Notes: generated by a model from the letters alone, not told the origin. Positions 35,774-45,084 are shown, numbered from the stretch's first letter. The stretch is DNA of 64,000 bases from Patescibacteria group bacterium (GCA_041662665.1 JBAZSC010000003.1:143115-207114); one strand, 5' to 3'. Translations and numbers: made by a program.

Positions 35774-36298
35774 ATGAAAAAGTATTTCATAATGCCAAGT
35801 GAAAAGATAGTCAGTAAAATATATATTATACGCAATAAAAAAGTGATGCTTGATCGTGATTTGGCATTGCTTTATGGCGTGACGACAAAGGTACTAAATC
35901 AAGCTGTTAGACGAAATATTAAACGGTTTCCAGCTGATTTTATGTTTAGATTGGAAAAACTGGAATTTGAAAATTGGAAGTCACAAATTGTGACTTCCAA
36001 TTCTGATAAAATGGGATTAAGAAAATTACCTTTTGCTTTTACTGAACAAGGTGTGGCAATGTTAGCAAGTGTTTTAAAAAGTGATCGAGCAATTCAGGTA
36101 AATATTCAAATTGTTAGAACTTTTATTAAATTGAGAGAACTATTGGCAACAAATGAAGAATTGCAATCTAAGTTAATGAGATTAGAACAGCGTTATGATA
36201 AAAAATTAAAAGAAGTTTTTAATATATTAAGATTATTATTGACAGAAAAAGAAAAACCAAAAGATGAATTGGGGTTTAAATATAAAAGAATAAAATAA
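35774..36298 (+). CDS. ORF6N-domain protein
   Basis: The N-terminal IYIIRNKKVMLDRDLALLYGVTTKVLNQAVRRNIKRFPADFMFRL...SQIVTS...LPFAFTEQGVAMLASVL matches the ORF6N fold. It contains a perfect 27-bp palindrome. Confidence 0.7.
   Translation: MKKYFIMPSEKIVSKIYIIRNKKVMLDRDLALLYGVTTKVLNQAVRRNIKRFPADFMFRLEKLEFENWKSQIVTSNSDKMGLRKLPFAFTEQGVAMLASVLKSDRAIQVNIQIVRTFIKLRELLATNEELQSKLMRLEQRYDKKLKEVFNILRLLLTEKEKPKDELGFKYKRIK
35974..36000. repeat. Perfect 27-bp palindrome TTGGAAGTCACAAATTGTGACTTCCAA inside the ORF6N coding sequence
   Basis: 13-1-13 perfect inverted repeat, sharing the core TCACAAATTGTGA with the upstream site. Encodes NWKSQIVTSN. Confidence 0.8.
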
Positions 36299-36308
36299 TA
36301 AAAATTAT

Positions 36309-36334
36309 GAACAGCCTAATGGTTGTTTTTTTAT
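36309..36334 (+). terminator. Rho-independent terminator after the ORF6N gene
   Basis: aacagcc-taat-ggttgtt followed by T8. Confidence 0.65.
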
Positions 36335-36394
36335 ATTCACTTGTTATACTTAAGTGTTAAAAATGTTCCTTCGACAAAAAGGGAGGGAGAGAAA

Positions 36395-37162
36395 ATGGAT
36401 ATACAACTGGCAATGACGATGTGGCGATTCCAGGACATTTTCGGAAGATTAAAGAAATGCATACGCTGGGGTGGATATAAGGAAAGGCATTATGAGCAGT
36501 CTTCTTTGGAGCATTCCTTTGCAATTGCACTTTTGACAGCATTTTGTGTAATGAAAGAAAAAGAATTAAAAGGACCAGCTGAAAATTTTGATCCTTTTAG
36601 AATGGTTGTTCATGCATTAGTTCATGATTTTTGTGAAGGAGCGATTGGTGATATTACTTATCGATTCAAAAATGATCCAAGACTTCTATATCTGGTTAAG
36701 TTAATTGAAAAAGAAGAAGGTTTGCGGTCAACAAGACATATATCTTTCATAGGTCCTTTTTTAGCTGAGGCTATTATCTTGGAGCCAGGCAGTCTTGAAG
36801 AAAAATTTTTCGATGCAATGGAAAGATTAGATTATTTTTTTTATGCGCTGGCTGAATATGAAATTCATAAACATTTGGATTTTGTAGCTGTCTTTGATCG
36901 ACAACACGCAAAATTAGTTGAATATGCAAGTGTATTTCCATCAGTTGCTATGATATATAGTCAAGAAGTCCAAGAATATGTTGAAAAGGAAATGAAAACT
37001 AATTGGGGTTTGATTGGTTTGGGTGGAGAGCTTAGACCTCATAAACCATGTCAAAAAGATGTTGAAGATTTGGAAGAAGCGCTGAAGCAATTATTGGCGC
37101 AACTTGCCAAGCAGAGGGAAGCCTCTGGAGAGAAAGGAGGAACAGATGCCAGCACTGTCTGA
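36395..37162 (+). CDS. HD-domain phosphohydrolase (YfbR 5'-deoxynucleotidase-like)
   Basis: LEHSFAIALL (H) ... VHALVHDFCEGAIGDIT (HD...D). AAGGGAGGGAG Shine-Dalgarno, and GC-richer than neighbours. Confidence 0.6.
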   Translation: MDIQLAMTMWRFQDIFGRLKKCIRWGGYKERHYEQSSLEHSFAIALLTAFCVMKEKELKGPAENFDPFRMVVHALVHDFCEGAIGDITYRFKNDPRLLYLVKLIEKEEGLRSTRHISFIGPFLAEAIILEPGSLEEKFFDAMERLDYFFYALAEYEIHKHLDFVAVFDRQHAKLVEYASVFPSVAMIYSQEVQEYVEKEMKTNWGLIGLGGELRPHKPCQKDVEDLEEALKQLLAQLAKQREASGEKGGTDASTV

Positions 37163-37340
37163 AAAAGAACAAGCAAGGATGAAAGCAGAAAAGCAAGAAG
37201 TTTGTACTGAATGTGGGGTACCAACTCATAGGAATTATTGTCGCAGTTGTGATGAATATTTTGAAGATGGTCATACATTAGTTTGTAATGATATGATGGC
37301 ACAAGACGCAAGACGTCATTCAGAATGTCGTACCCATTAA
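37146..37340 (+). CDS. Small zinc-ribbon protein, single-module paralogue of the 30081..30521 product
   Basis: AAAGGAGGA Shine-Dalgarno. Overlaps the upstream stop by 17 nt. Protein CTECGVPTHRNYCRSCDEYFEDGHTLVC...RRHSEC. The ACACC-TTTT-GGTGT-T8 terminator is identical to 30539-30562. Confidence 0.6.
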   Translation: MPALSEKEQARMKAEKQEVCTECGVPTHRNYCRSCDEYFEDGHTLVCNDMMAQDARRHSECRTH

Positions 37341-37365
37341 CACCTTTTTGGTGTTTTTTTATTTT
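37339..37365 (+). terminator. Rho-independent terminator, same hairpin as 30539-30562
   Basis: aacacc-ttttt-ggtgtt followed by tttttttatttt. Confidence 0.75.
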
Positions 37366-37387
37366 ATGATATTATAAAGTGTTAACT

Positions 37388-37448
37388 TGCAGAACTACGC
37401 GGAAATTAAAAATTTTGAAATAAATTTTTAATCGCGGAAAACGCAGAA
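37388..37448. promoter_or_regulatory. 2+2 CGC(G/A)GAA repeats flanking a 28-bp AT palindrome, upstream of glnA
   Basis: tgcagaa, acgcggaa, then attaaaaattttgaaataaatttttaat, then cgcggaa, acgcagaa. Confidence 0.55.
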
Positions 37449-37494
37449 TCTACTTATAAATTTTTTTTAAAATATTTGTAACTTAAAAATAAAT

Positions 37495-38838
37495 ATGCAA
37501 AAAATGAAAACTAAAGAAGAAGTACTAACGTTATGTGAAAGAGAAAAAGTGAAATTTATTGACCTGCAATTTTCTGATTTATTAGGTCATGTAAAGTCAG
37601 TAACAATTCCAATTGCAAAATTACCTGAAGCAATTGATCAAAATATTTGGTTTGATGGATCTTCAATAGAAGGTTTTGCAAGAATTTGTGAAAGCGATAT
37701 GTATTTGAAATTAGATTTATCAACTTTTGCGATTTTACCATGGACAACTGATAACGGAAATGTGACTGCTCGATTTATTTGCGATGTTTATAAGCCAAAT
37801 GGCGAAGCATATGAAAGCGATCCAAGATATATTTTGAAAAAACAAGTTGCAAAAGCATTATCTTTTGGTTTTAAATATTTTGTTGGTCCAGAATTGGAAT
37901 TTTATTTAATGAAAAGAGATGAAAATGGGAAGATTATTCCATTGCCTCATGATCATGCTGGATATTTTGATTATGCAACTGATGAAGATTCAGAAGTGCG
38001 TAAAGATATGACAACAGCATTGCAAAAACTTGGAATTTTTGTTGAAGCTTTGCATCATGAAGTTGGACCTGGACAGCATGAAATTGATTTTAAATATGGC
38101 GATCCGATTACAACTGCTGATTCGGTTTTGACTTTCAAAATTGCTTTGAAACAAATTGCTAGAAAACATGGATTATTTGTGAGCTTTATGCCAAAGCCAT
38201 TTTTTGGTTTAGCTGGAAATGGGATGCATGTTCATCAAAGTATTTTTATGAATGAGCGGAATGCTTTTTATGATGCAAATGGTTTGTATCATATTAGTGA
38301 ATTAGCAAAATCATTTATTGCTGGACAGTTATTTCATATTAAAGCTTTGAATTCAATTTTAAATCCAATTGTTAATTCATATAAAAGATTAGTATCAGGA
38401 TATGAAGCTCCAGTTTATATTTCTTGGGGACAGGTTAATAGATCGGCTTTAGTTAGAATTCCAAGAGTAAATAGCAATAAACCAAGCGCAACAAGAGCTG
38501 AACTTCGCTGTCCAGATCCAGCTTCAAATCCGTATTTAGCATTTGCAACTATGTTAGCTTCAGGAATTGATGGAATAGAAAATGAAATGTTGTTGCCATT
38601 GCCTGTTGAAGAAAATGTTTTTGAAATGACAAATGAGGAAATGTTAAATCGAGGAATTGAAACTTTGCCAGCTAATTTGTTTGAATCATTAAGACATTTA
38701 GTAAAAGATCAATTATTGCGTGAGGTTTTTGGTGAGACAACTTTCAAAAAATATTATGATATTAAAATGAAAGAATGGGATAATTTTAGAATTTATGTTA
38801 CTGATTGGGAACGTGATAATTATTTGGAAAGATATTAA
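37495..38838 (+). CDS. glnA: Glutamine synthetase type I
   Basis: 447 aa. N-terminal beta-grasp FIDLQFSDLLGHVKSVTIP, and a conserved catalytic region (GPEQEF-like GPELEFYLM). Confidence 0.88.
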   Translation: MQKMKTKEEVLTLCEREKVKFIDLQFSDLLGHVKSVTIPIAKLPEAIDQNIWFDGSSIEGFARICESDMYLKLDLSTFAILPWTTDNGNVTARFICDVYKPNGEAYESDPRYILKKQVAKALSFGFKYFVGPELEFYLMKRDENGKIIPLPHDHAGYFDYATDEDSEVRKDMTTALQKLGIFVEALHHEVGPGQHEIDFKYGDPITTADSVLTFKIALKQIARKHGLFVSFMPKPFFGLAGNGMHVHQSIFMNERNAFYDANGLYHISELAKSFIAGQLFHIKALNSILNPIVNSYKRLVSGYEAPVYISWGQVNRSALVRIPRVNSNKPSATRAELRCPDPASNPYLAFATMLASGIDGIENEMLLPLPVEENVFEMTNEEMLNRGIETLPANLFESLRHLVKDQLLREVFGETTFKKYYDIKMKEWDNFRIYVTDWERDNYLERY

Positions 38839-38865
38839 ATATGAATCATGAATTATGAATTAAGA

Positions 38866-38889
38866 ATAGGCGAAAGCCTATTTTTTTTA
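38866..38889 (+). terminator. Rho-independent terminator after glnA
   Basis: taggc-gaaa-gccta followed by T9. Confidence 0.75.
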
Positions 38890-38933
38890 AACGATTTTTG
38901 TTAAAATATGTATGAAAATAACTTTATAAAAAT

Positions 38934-39356
38934 ATGAAAATTAGTGTAAAAAAATTAAAACAAGAAGCAATTATTCCAAAATATGCTCATGATACAGATG
39001 CAGGATTGGATTTATATTCAATTGAAGATTATACTTTGAAATCTAAACAAAGATATATATTCAAAATTGGAATAAGTGTTCAGATTCCTGATGGATATGT
39101 CGGTTTGTTTTGGGATAAATCTGGTTTAGCTGCTAAATTTGGAATAAAAGTAATGGGCGGAGTGATCGATAATGGTTATCGAGGAGAATATGGCATAATT
39201 TTGTATAATACTTCTGATTGCGATTTTGTTGTTAAAAAAGGAGATAAAATTGCGCAAATGTTGATTCAAAAAGTTGAGCATGTTGAAGTTGAAGAGGTTG
39301 ATGTCTTGTCTGAAACTGACCGAAGTGATGGCGGATTTGGATCTAGCGGAAGATAG
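38934..39356 (+). CDS. dut: dUTP diphosphatase
   Basis: DAGLDLYS, GLFWDKSGLA, GVIDNGYRGE, C-terminal RSDGGFGSSG. Confidence 0.88.
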   Translation: MKISVKKLKQEAIIPKYAHDTDAGLDLYSIEDYTLKSKQRYIFKIGISVQIPDGYVGLFWDKSGLAAKFGIKVMGGVIDNGYRGEYGIILYNTSDCDFVVKKGDKIAQMLIQKVEHVEVEEVDVLSETDRSDGGFGSSGR

Positions 39357-39400
39357 CAAACACTCAAACAATAAAACAAAAAAACAATAAAACAAATCTT

Positions 39401-39841
39401 ATGAAAATTGAAAGTGTTTTTAAAAATGGTGAAAATATTCCTCCCAAGTATACTTGTGATGGTGAGAATATTAATTTGCCTTTAAAATTTATTGATGTGC
39501 CAGAAAATACAAAGAGCTTAGCTTTGATTTTTGATGATCCTGATTCGCCGTCTGGAATTTGGACGCATTGGATTGTTTGGAACATTGATCCCAAAAATTT
39601 AGAGATCAAAGAAAATAGCGTACCTAAAAATTCTGTTTTAGGAAAAACAACATTTGGCGAAATTGGATATGGCGGACCTTGTCCTGGATCAGGTGAGCAT
39701 CGTTATGTTTTTAAATTGTTTGCTTTAGATATTGTTCTTAATTTGGTTGAAGGTGCAGAAATTTCTGAATTAGAAAAAGCAATTGAAGATCATGTAATTG
39801 CTAAAGCTGAGTTAATTGGAAAATATGAACGTGAAAATTAA
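39401..39841 (+). CDS. YbhB/YbcL-family phosphatidylethanolamine-binding (PEBP/Raf kinase inhibitor-like) protein
   Basis: GENIPPKYTCDGENINLPLKF...GYGGPCPGSGEHRYVFKLFALD. Confidence 0.8.
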   Translation: MKIESVFKNGENIPPKYTCDGENINLPLKFIDVPENTKSLALIFDDPDSPSGIWTHWIVWNIDPKNLEIKENSVPKNSVLGKTTFGEIGYGGPCPGSGEHRYVFKLFALDIVLNLVEGAEISELEKAIEDHVIAKAELIGKYEREN

Positions 39842-39856
39842 AATTAAAATTAAAAA

Positions 39857-40462
39857 ATGATTAAGTATATTTTGCATGGCGGTGCGACGAAAATAGATAA
39901 TAAATCGAATCAAGATTTTAATCAGGAAATTGTAAAAGATTTACAAGAGCCAATTAAGATATTGCTTGTTTGTTTTGCTAAGGATAAAGAGCAATGGAAG
40001 GATGCATTTGAAAGACATAAGAGCTATCTAATAAAATATAATTTAGGTAAGAATTTTGAATTCGCCTTAGCTGATGAAAATTCGGTGAGATTTATTGATC
40101 AGATAAAAAATAATCATGTTTTATATTTTGTGGGAGGAAGTGATGAGTTATTGCAAAAATATTTAAAGAAAATAAATGATTTAGGTACTTTATTTAATGA
40201 TAAAGTTGTTGTAGGTTCTTCAGCTGGAGCAAATATGTTAGCAAAATATTATTATTCAACTGACGATAATTGTATTAAAAATGGTTTGGGAATTTTGCCA
40301 ATTAAAGTTTTTTGTCATTATAAAAATAATTTAAAAGAGCTTGAAGAATTAAAAAAATATAAAGAGAATTTAAAAATATATACGATTTATGAAACGGAAT
40401 ATTTAGTTATAAAACAAATAATATCCCCCTGCCATGGGCAGGGTAGAAGTTTTGAATGTTAA
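39857..40462 (+). CDS. Peptidase S51 (dipeptidase E/cyanophycinase-like) family protein
   Basis: LYFVGGSDELL...VVVGSSAGANMLAKY. The C-terminal 12 codons (SPCHGQGRSFEC) are encoded by a GC-rich hairpin repeat. Confidence 0.55.
   Translation: MIKYILHGGATKIDNKSNQDFNQEIVKDLQEPIKILLVCFAKDKEQWKDAFERHKSYLIKYNLGKNFEFALADENSVRFIDQIKNNHVLYFVGGSDELLQKYLKKINDLGTLFNDKVVVGSSAGANMLAKYYYSTDDNCIKNGLGILPIKVFCHYKNNLKELEELKKYKENLKIYTIYETEYLVIKQIISPCHGQGRSFEC
40425..40449. repeat. GC-rich hairpin repeat (copy B, inverted orientation, in the 3' end of the S51 peptidase CDS)
   Basis: ccccctgccatgggcagggtagaag is the reverse complement of copy A, with one mismatch. Confidence 0.7.
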
Positions 40463-40492
40463 ATGTTAAAAGTTAATTGTTAAATGTAATTT

Positions 40493-41143
40493 ATGAAAGG
40501 TATTTTTGCAGTAAATAAACCAAAAGGTCCAACATCAAATGACATTGTTCAGATTATAAAGCGTGAAAATAGAGGCGAGAAAGTTGGACATGCTGGAACA
40601 CTTGATCCTTTGGCAAGTGGTGTTCTTGTAATTGCTGTTGGCAGAGAAGCAACAAGAAAAATTTCAGAACAAGTGAAAAAAGAAAAAGAATATATTGCAA
40701 AAATAAAATTAGGCCAGAATAGTACAACTGATGACGAAGAAGGAGAAAAAGAAAATATTGAAGTAAAAGTTCAGCCTAATTTAGATGATATTAAAAAAGT
40801 TTTACCAAAATTTGTTGGTAAGATAATGCAGACTCCGCCAATTTATTCGGCAATTAAATTAAAAGGAAAAGAGGCATATAAGTATGCAAGAGCTGGAAAA
40901 GAAATTAAACTTGAAAAAAGAGAAGTTGATATCAAAGATATTAAGGTATTAGGATATTCCTGGCCAATTTTAGAAATAAATGTTGTAACTGGACCTGGCG
41001 TATATATTAGATCTCTTGCTCGAGATATTGGTCGTGAATTGGGTTGTGGAGGTTATCTTGCAGATTTACAGCGAACTAGAGTTGGTGATTTCACAATCGC
41101 TGATTCTATGCCGATTTCTAACGCTGAAAAACGCAGAAGTTAA
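40493..41143 (+). CDS. truB: tRNA pseudouridine(55) synthase TruB
   Basis: GIFAVNKPKGPTSNDIV...GHAGTLDPLASGVLVIAVG, with a catalytic Asp. Confidence 0.88.
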   Translation: MKGIFAVNKPKGPTSNDIVQIIKRENRGEKVGHAGTLDPLASGVLVIAVGREATRKISEQVKKEKEYIAKIKLGQNSTTDDEEGEKENIEVKVQPNLDDIKKVLPKFVGKIMQTPPIYSAIKLKGKEAYKYARAGKEIKLEKREVDIKDIKVLGYSWPILEINVVTGPGVYIRSLARDIGRELGCGGYLADLQRTRVGDFTIADSMPISNAEKRRS

Positions 41144-41157
41144 CTGGTTTAAATAAT

Positions 41158-41913
41158 ATGAGCCTATTTGTAATTTTAGGACTTTGTATAATTTATTTTG
41201 TGGTTGGAATTTTTAGCGTGTCAGTTGGCGGAACAACATTAGTGATGGTCCCATTGTTGATTTATGCTGGCATGGATATTAAAACTGCAATTGCAACAAA
41301 TATGTTTGCGCTGATTTTTTTAAGTCTAAGCGGAATGTTTGGATTTAGAAAAGAAATTAAAAAACAACATATTTGGTGGTTAATTGCATTTGTTATTTTA
41401 ACTTTAATATCTTCTTTTTTGGGAGCAAAATTGGTTTTAGGAATAAATGAAGAAATTTTAAAAAAGATAATTGCAGTAATTATTATTTTGGCTGCAGGCA
41501 CCTTATTTATAAAAAAAGACGCTGGGTTGAATGAAAACAAAAATAAAATTGCGGTTTGGAAAATTATTGTTGGATTGATTTTGGTTTTTGTTTTGGGAGT
41601 TTATGGTGGATTTTTTAGTGGCGGGTATGTAACTATTTTGACTTATGTGCTAATTTTGTTTTTTGGATTAAGCTTTTTGCAGTCTGCATTTGATACAAAA
41701 GTGATAAACTTTTTTTCATCAGGCATAGCATGCGTTATATTTTTTGTTAACAATTTAATTGATTTTAGATTAGGATTAATATTTGCAGTATTTATTTCTA
41801 TCGGCGCATTGTTTGGAACAAAATTAGCGATTAAGAAAGGAAATAAGTGGATAAGAATAATTTATTTAACAGCAATTTTTATATTAGCAATAAAGTTATT
41901 ATTATTTGGATGA
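41158..41913 (+). CDS. TSUP/TauE-SafE family membrane transporter
   Basis: 251 aa, 8 TM helices, internally duplicated 4-TM repeat with G-rich helices. Confidence 0.65.
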   Translation: MSLFVILGLCIIYFVVGIFSVSVGGTTLVMVPLLIYAGMDIKTAIATNMFALIFLSLSGMFGFRKEIKKQHIWWLIAFVILTLISSFLGAKLVLGINEEILKKIIAVIIILAAGTLFIKKDAGLNENKNKIAVWKIIVGLILVFVLGVYGGFFSGGYVTILTYVLILFFGLSFLQSAFDTKVINFFSSGIACVIFFVNNLIDFRLGLIFAVFISIGALFGTKLAIKKGNKWIRIIYLTAIFILAIKLLLFG

Positions 41914-41976
41914 CGCGGAGTCAAAAATTTTTGTGACAAAATTTTTGACGCAGAAGCGAACGCAGAAAATGCGGAA
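41912..41976. promoter_or_regulatory. 1+3 CGC(G/A)GAA repeats flanking the AT palindrome GTCAAAAATTTTTGTGACAAAATTTTTGAC, upstream of gene 42025
   Basis: acgcgga, then palindrome 41919-41948, then acgcagaa, acgcagaa, tgcggaa. Confidence 0.55.
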
Positions 41977-42024
41977 TTGCAATTTTATATATTAAAATTA
42001 TTTTAATAATTTATTAAAAAAAAT

Positions 42025-43356
42025 ATGGAAGAGAATATTAAGCCAAAAAAAAGAGGTATGGCGAGTTGGCTAAAAGTTTTTTTGATTATTTTGGTTACTA
42101 TAATTGTAGGAGGAGCGGCATATGGCGGAATTTTTTACTGGCATAATTTGAGAGGAATCTGGACATCAATTTTGCCAGCTAAAGAAAATATTGCAACAAC
42201 AATTGAAAATTCAGAAAATGTAGTTTTGCAAGAAAATAAGCAAGAAGTTTTTGTAGCTAATGATACACAAATGCCATTGCAATTGCCAGATGGATTTTCA
42301 ATCTCTATTTATGCAAAAGAATTGGGCAGTCCAAGAGTGATTGTCGATGATCCAAATAAAAATTTAATTGTCAGTTTAACGTCGAATGGAAAAGTTGTTG
42401 CTTTGCTTGATAATGATGCAAATGGAAAATCAGATGAAACAAAAGTTTTGGCAGAAAATTTGAATTCGCCACATGGTTTGGCTTTTGATTGCAAAGATTT
42501 GAATAATTGCAAATTATATGTTGCTGAATCAAATCAAGTTTCTATTTATGATTATGATGTCAACAAAGTAGAAATAAAAAATAAGAAAAAAATAATTGAT
42601 TTGCCAGATCAAGGAATGCATTTTACAAGAACATTATTGATTGATCCAAATATTAATAGATTATTAATTTCAGTCGGTTCTGATTGCAATGTTTGCAATG
42701 AAAAGGATAATAAACGAGCTTCAATCTTATCAGCAAATTTAGACGGTACTGATTTGAAAACTTACGCATCTGGTTTGCGAAATTCTGTTTTTATGACTAT
42801 GCATCCAAAGACTGGTCAGATTTTTGCTAATGATATGGGGCGAGATCTATTAGGCGATAATTTACCACCAGATGAAGTAAATATAATTAAAGAAGATAAA
42901 AAATATGGTTGGCCATTTTGTTATGGCAGGAATGTTCGTGATAATACATTTAATGATGATGTGCCAGTTGGTGTTTGTGCAGAACCTAATTATGTTCCTT
43001 CATATATTGATATGCAGGCACATTCTGCACCATTGGGACTACAATTTGTTCCGGATACTGCAAATTGGCCAGAAGATTTTAGAAATGATCTAATTATTGC
43101 TTATCATGGATCTTGGAATAGAACAGTGCCAACAGGATACAAGCTTGTTAAATATGATATGGATGCAAATGGCAATTATGTAGTTGATGAAAAAAGTTTG
43201 CCAAAAATGACTGATTTTATTACTGGCTGGCTAACTCCCAAAAATGAATCTTTAGGCAGACCAACTGGAATATTAATTCATGATGATGGAGTGATGTATA
43301 TTGCTGATGATAAAGCGGGCGTGATTTATCGCGTATTTTATGGAAAAGCTAGTTAA
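42025..43356 (+). CDS. Membrane-anchored beta-propeller protein, PQQ-dependent sugar/sorbosone dehydrogenase-like
   Basis: N-terminal TM, LPDGFSISIYAKELGSPRVI, C-terminal GRPTGILIHDDGVMYIADDKAGVIYRV. Confidence 0.5.
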   Translation: MEENIKPKKRGMASWLKVFLIILVTIIVGGAAYGGIFYWHNLRGIWTSILPAKENIATTIENSENVVLQENKQEVFVANDTQMPLQLPDGFSISIYAKELGSPRVIVDDPNKNLIVSLTSNGKVVALLDNDANGKSDETKVLAENLNSPHGLAFDCKDLNNCKLYVAESNQVSIYDYDVNKVEIKNKKKIIDLPDQGMHFTRTLLIDPNINRLLISVGSDCNVCNEKDNKRASILSANLDGTDLKTYASGLRNSVFMTMHPKTGQIFANDMGRDLLGDNLPPDEVNIIKEDKKYGWPFCYGRNVRDNTFNDDVPVGVCAEPNYVPSYIDMQAHSAPLGLQFVPDTANWPEDFRNDLIIAYHGSWNRTVPTGYKLVKYDMDANGNYVVDEKSLPKMTDFITGWLTPKNESLGRPTGILIHDDGVMYIADDKAGVIYRVFYGKAS

Positions 43357-43419
43357 AATAGTTAGACTGGTTAAATTTAGCGTAAAATTAATAAAATTGA
43401 TAAAATTAATAAAAAAAAT

Positions 43420-43908
43420 ATGGCGAAAAGAGTTTATACGCAAGTGTTTTGTGTTGTTGGAACAATTGTTGTAAAAGATGACAAAATTTTGTTGATTAGA
43501 GAAGCAGGAACAATTGATAAAGGTAAATGGAATTTGCCGGCTGGCTGGCTTGATTTGGGTGAAAATCCGATTGATGGCGCAAAAAGAGAAGCAAAAGAAG
43601 AAACTGGTTTAGATATAAAAATAACTGATTTTTTAGGGATTTATTCTTTAGTGCGTTTAGATTTGCAAAAAGTTGATGGATTTATTAGACATCCAATAAA
43701 ATTAATTTTCATTGGAAAAATAAATGGTGAGAAAATTGATAATATTGATAATGAAGAGATTGCTGAAGTGAAATGGTTTTCTTTAAGTGAGATTGAGAAG
43801 ATGTCAAAAAATGAATTGCGTGATATGGATATTAAAGATCAATTTAAAGATTGTTTAGCTGGTAAACAATATTCATTAGAAATAATTAAGCATACTATTA
43901 GAAAATAA
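43420..43908 (+). CDS. NUDIX hydrolase
   Basis: Nudix box GWLDLGENPIDGAKREAKEETGL. Confidence 0.85.
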   Translation: MAKRVYTQVFCVVGTIVVKDDKILLIREAGTIDKGKWNLPAGWLDLGENPIDGAKREAKEETGLDIKITDFLGIYSLVRLDLQKVDGFIRHPIKLIFIGKINGEKIDNIDNEEIAEVKWFSLSEIEKMSKNELRDMDIKDQFKDCLAGKQYSLEIIKHTIRK

Positions 43909-43917
43909 AATAAAATT

Positions 43918-44709
43918 ATGAAAAAAACAAAAATCTTGGTTTTAGCAATATTGTGTTTTTTGGTATCACCAGTATTTGCAAAAACTTATACTCTAGATGA
44001 AATTTCAAAACATAATAAGGCAACAGATTGTTGGATGTTAATTTCTGGTAAAGTTTATGATGTCACTTCATATTTTGGAGGACAACATCCAAGCGGTGAT
44101 GGTTCGATGTTGCCATATTGCGGGATTGATGCGACTGAAGGTTTTTCGACAAAGGGCAATATTGGAGAAGATCATAAAGTTAGATCTTATGATTTATTGA
44201 CTGAATATTATATCGGTGATTTGCAGGAAGAAACTATTGTTAATAAAACAGAAAAATTGGTTGTAAATGAAATAACGAATGAAACAAAAATTGAAGCAAA
44301 CCAAGCTAATGAATTAGGAACTACTGCTATTCAAACAAAAAGAGAGGTTGAACAGAATGCAATAGAATTCAAATATCCAAGCGCAATTGTTTCGGCAGCA
44401 ATAATTTTATTTATTTATTTTATTTTAGGTATTATTTATTTATTATCTTCAAATAAACCTTTATTTAAATTAAAAATAACTAAATTTACTAGCATTATCT
44501 TGTTTGTTACTTTTATTTTTTCTGGTCTTTTAGGATTATATTTGGCATTTTTTAATAATGCTTATTGGGGCGAACAATTGAATTTAAAATCAATTCACGT
44601 GGCTTTTTCAGTTGCTTTTGCTATTTCATCTATTATCCATATTATTTTGCATTTGAAACAAATTTTGAATTATTTAGCTATATCAAAACAAAAGAATGAC
44701 AATTTATGA
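43918..44709 (+). CDS. Secreted cytochrome b5-like heme-binding domain protein with a C-terminal membrane anchor
   Basis: Signal peptide. LDEISKHNKATDCWMLISGKVYDVTSYFGGQHPSGD has the b5-type HPGG-like motif. Two C-terminal TM helices. Confidence 0.55.
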   Translation: MKKTKILVLAILCFLVSPVFAKTYTLDEISKHNKATDCWMLISGKVYDVTSYFGGQHPSGDGSMLPYCGIDATEGFSTKGNIGEDHKVRSYDLLTEYYIGDLQEETIVNKTEKLVVNEITNETKIEANQANELGTTAIQTKREVEQNAIEFKYPSAIVSAAIILFIYFILGIIYLLSSNKPLFKLKITKFTSIILFVTFIFSGLLGLYLAFFNNAYWGEQLNLKSIHVAFSVAFAISSIIHIILHLKQILNYLAISKQKNDNL

Positions 44710-44823
44710 CGCAGTAAGATTTATTTCATACTTTTTTGTTGATAACATTTTTAAAACTTGTGTTATACTTTAAATGACTATAAAAGCTTCGAAAAATATA
44801 AATTGTTTAAAACAAAAATAAAA

Positions 44824-44866
44824 ATAGCTGTTTTAGTAATTGAATGATTGATTACAGCTATTTTTT
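44824..44866 (+). other. Hairpin with T-run (8-bp stem, 22-nt loop) in the 375-nt nrdD leader; terminator or attenuator candidate
   Basis: atagctgt...acagctat followed by tttttt. Confidence 0.35.
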
Positions 44867-44936
44867 GTCCTCTATTTTTAAAGAAAAAACTTTAAGGAAG
44901 AGGATTTTTAATCCGCAAAAAATGAATTTGATGTTA

Positions 44937-44970
44937 ATCCGCCTTCGTCTTGCGAGACTATGGCGGATAA
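44937..44970. repeat. Palindromic element copy 7, in the long nrdD leader region
   Basis: atccgccttcgtcttgcgagactatggcggataaag, with inner hairpin gtct-tgcg-agac. Confidence 0.75.
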
Positions 44971-45084
44971 AGTTAGTTTAATTTTTTATAGTCAGTCTAA
45001 TATAATAAAGTGCTTTAAAGTTTGCTTTTAAAAATTTATATATTAAAAATAATAAATATTTTCTATTAAAAATAAAATTAAAAT

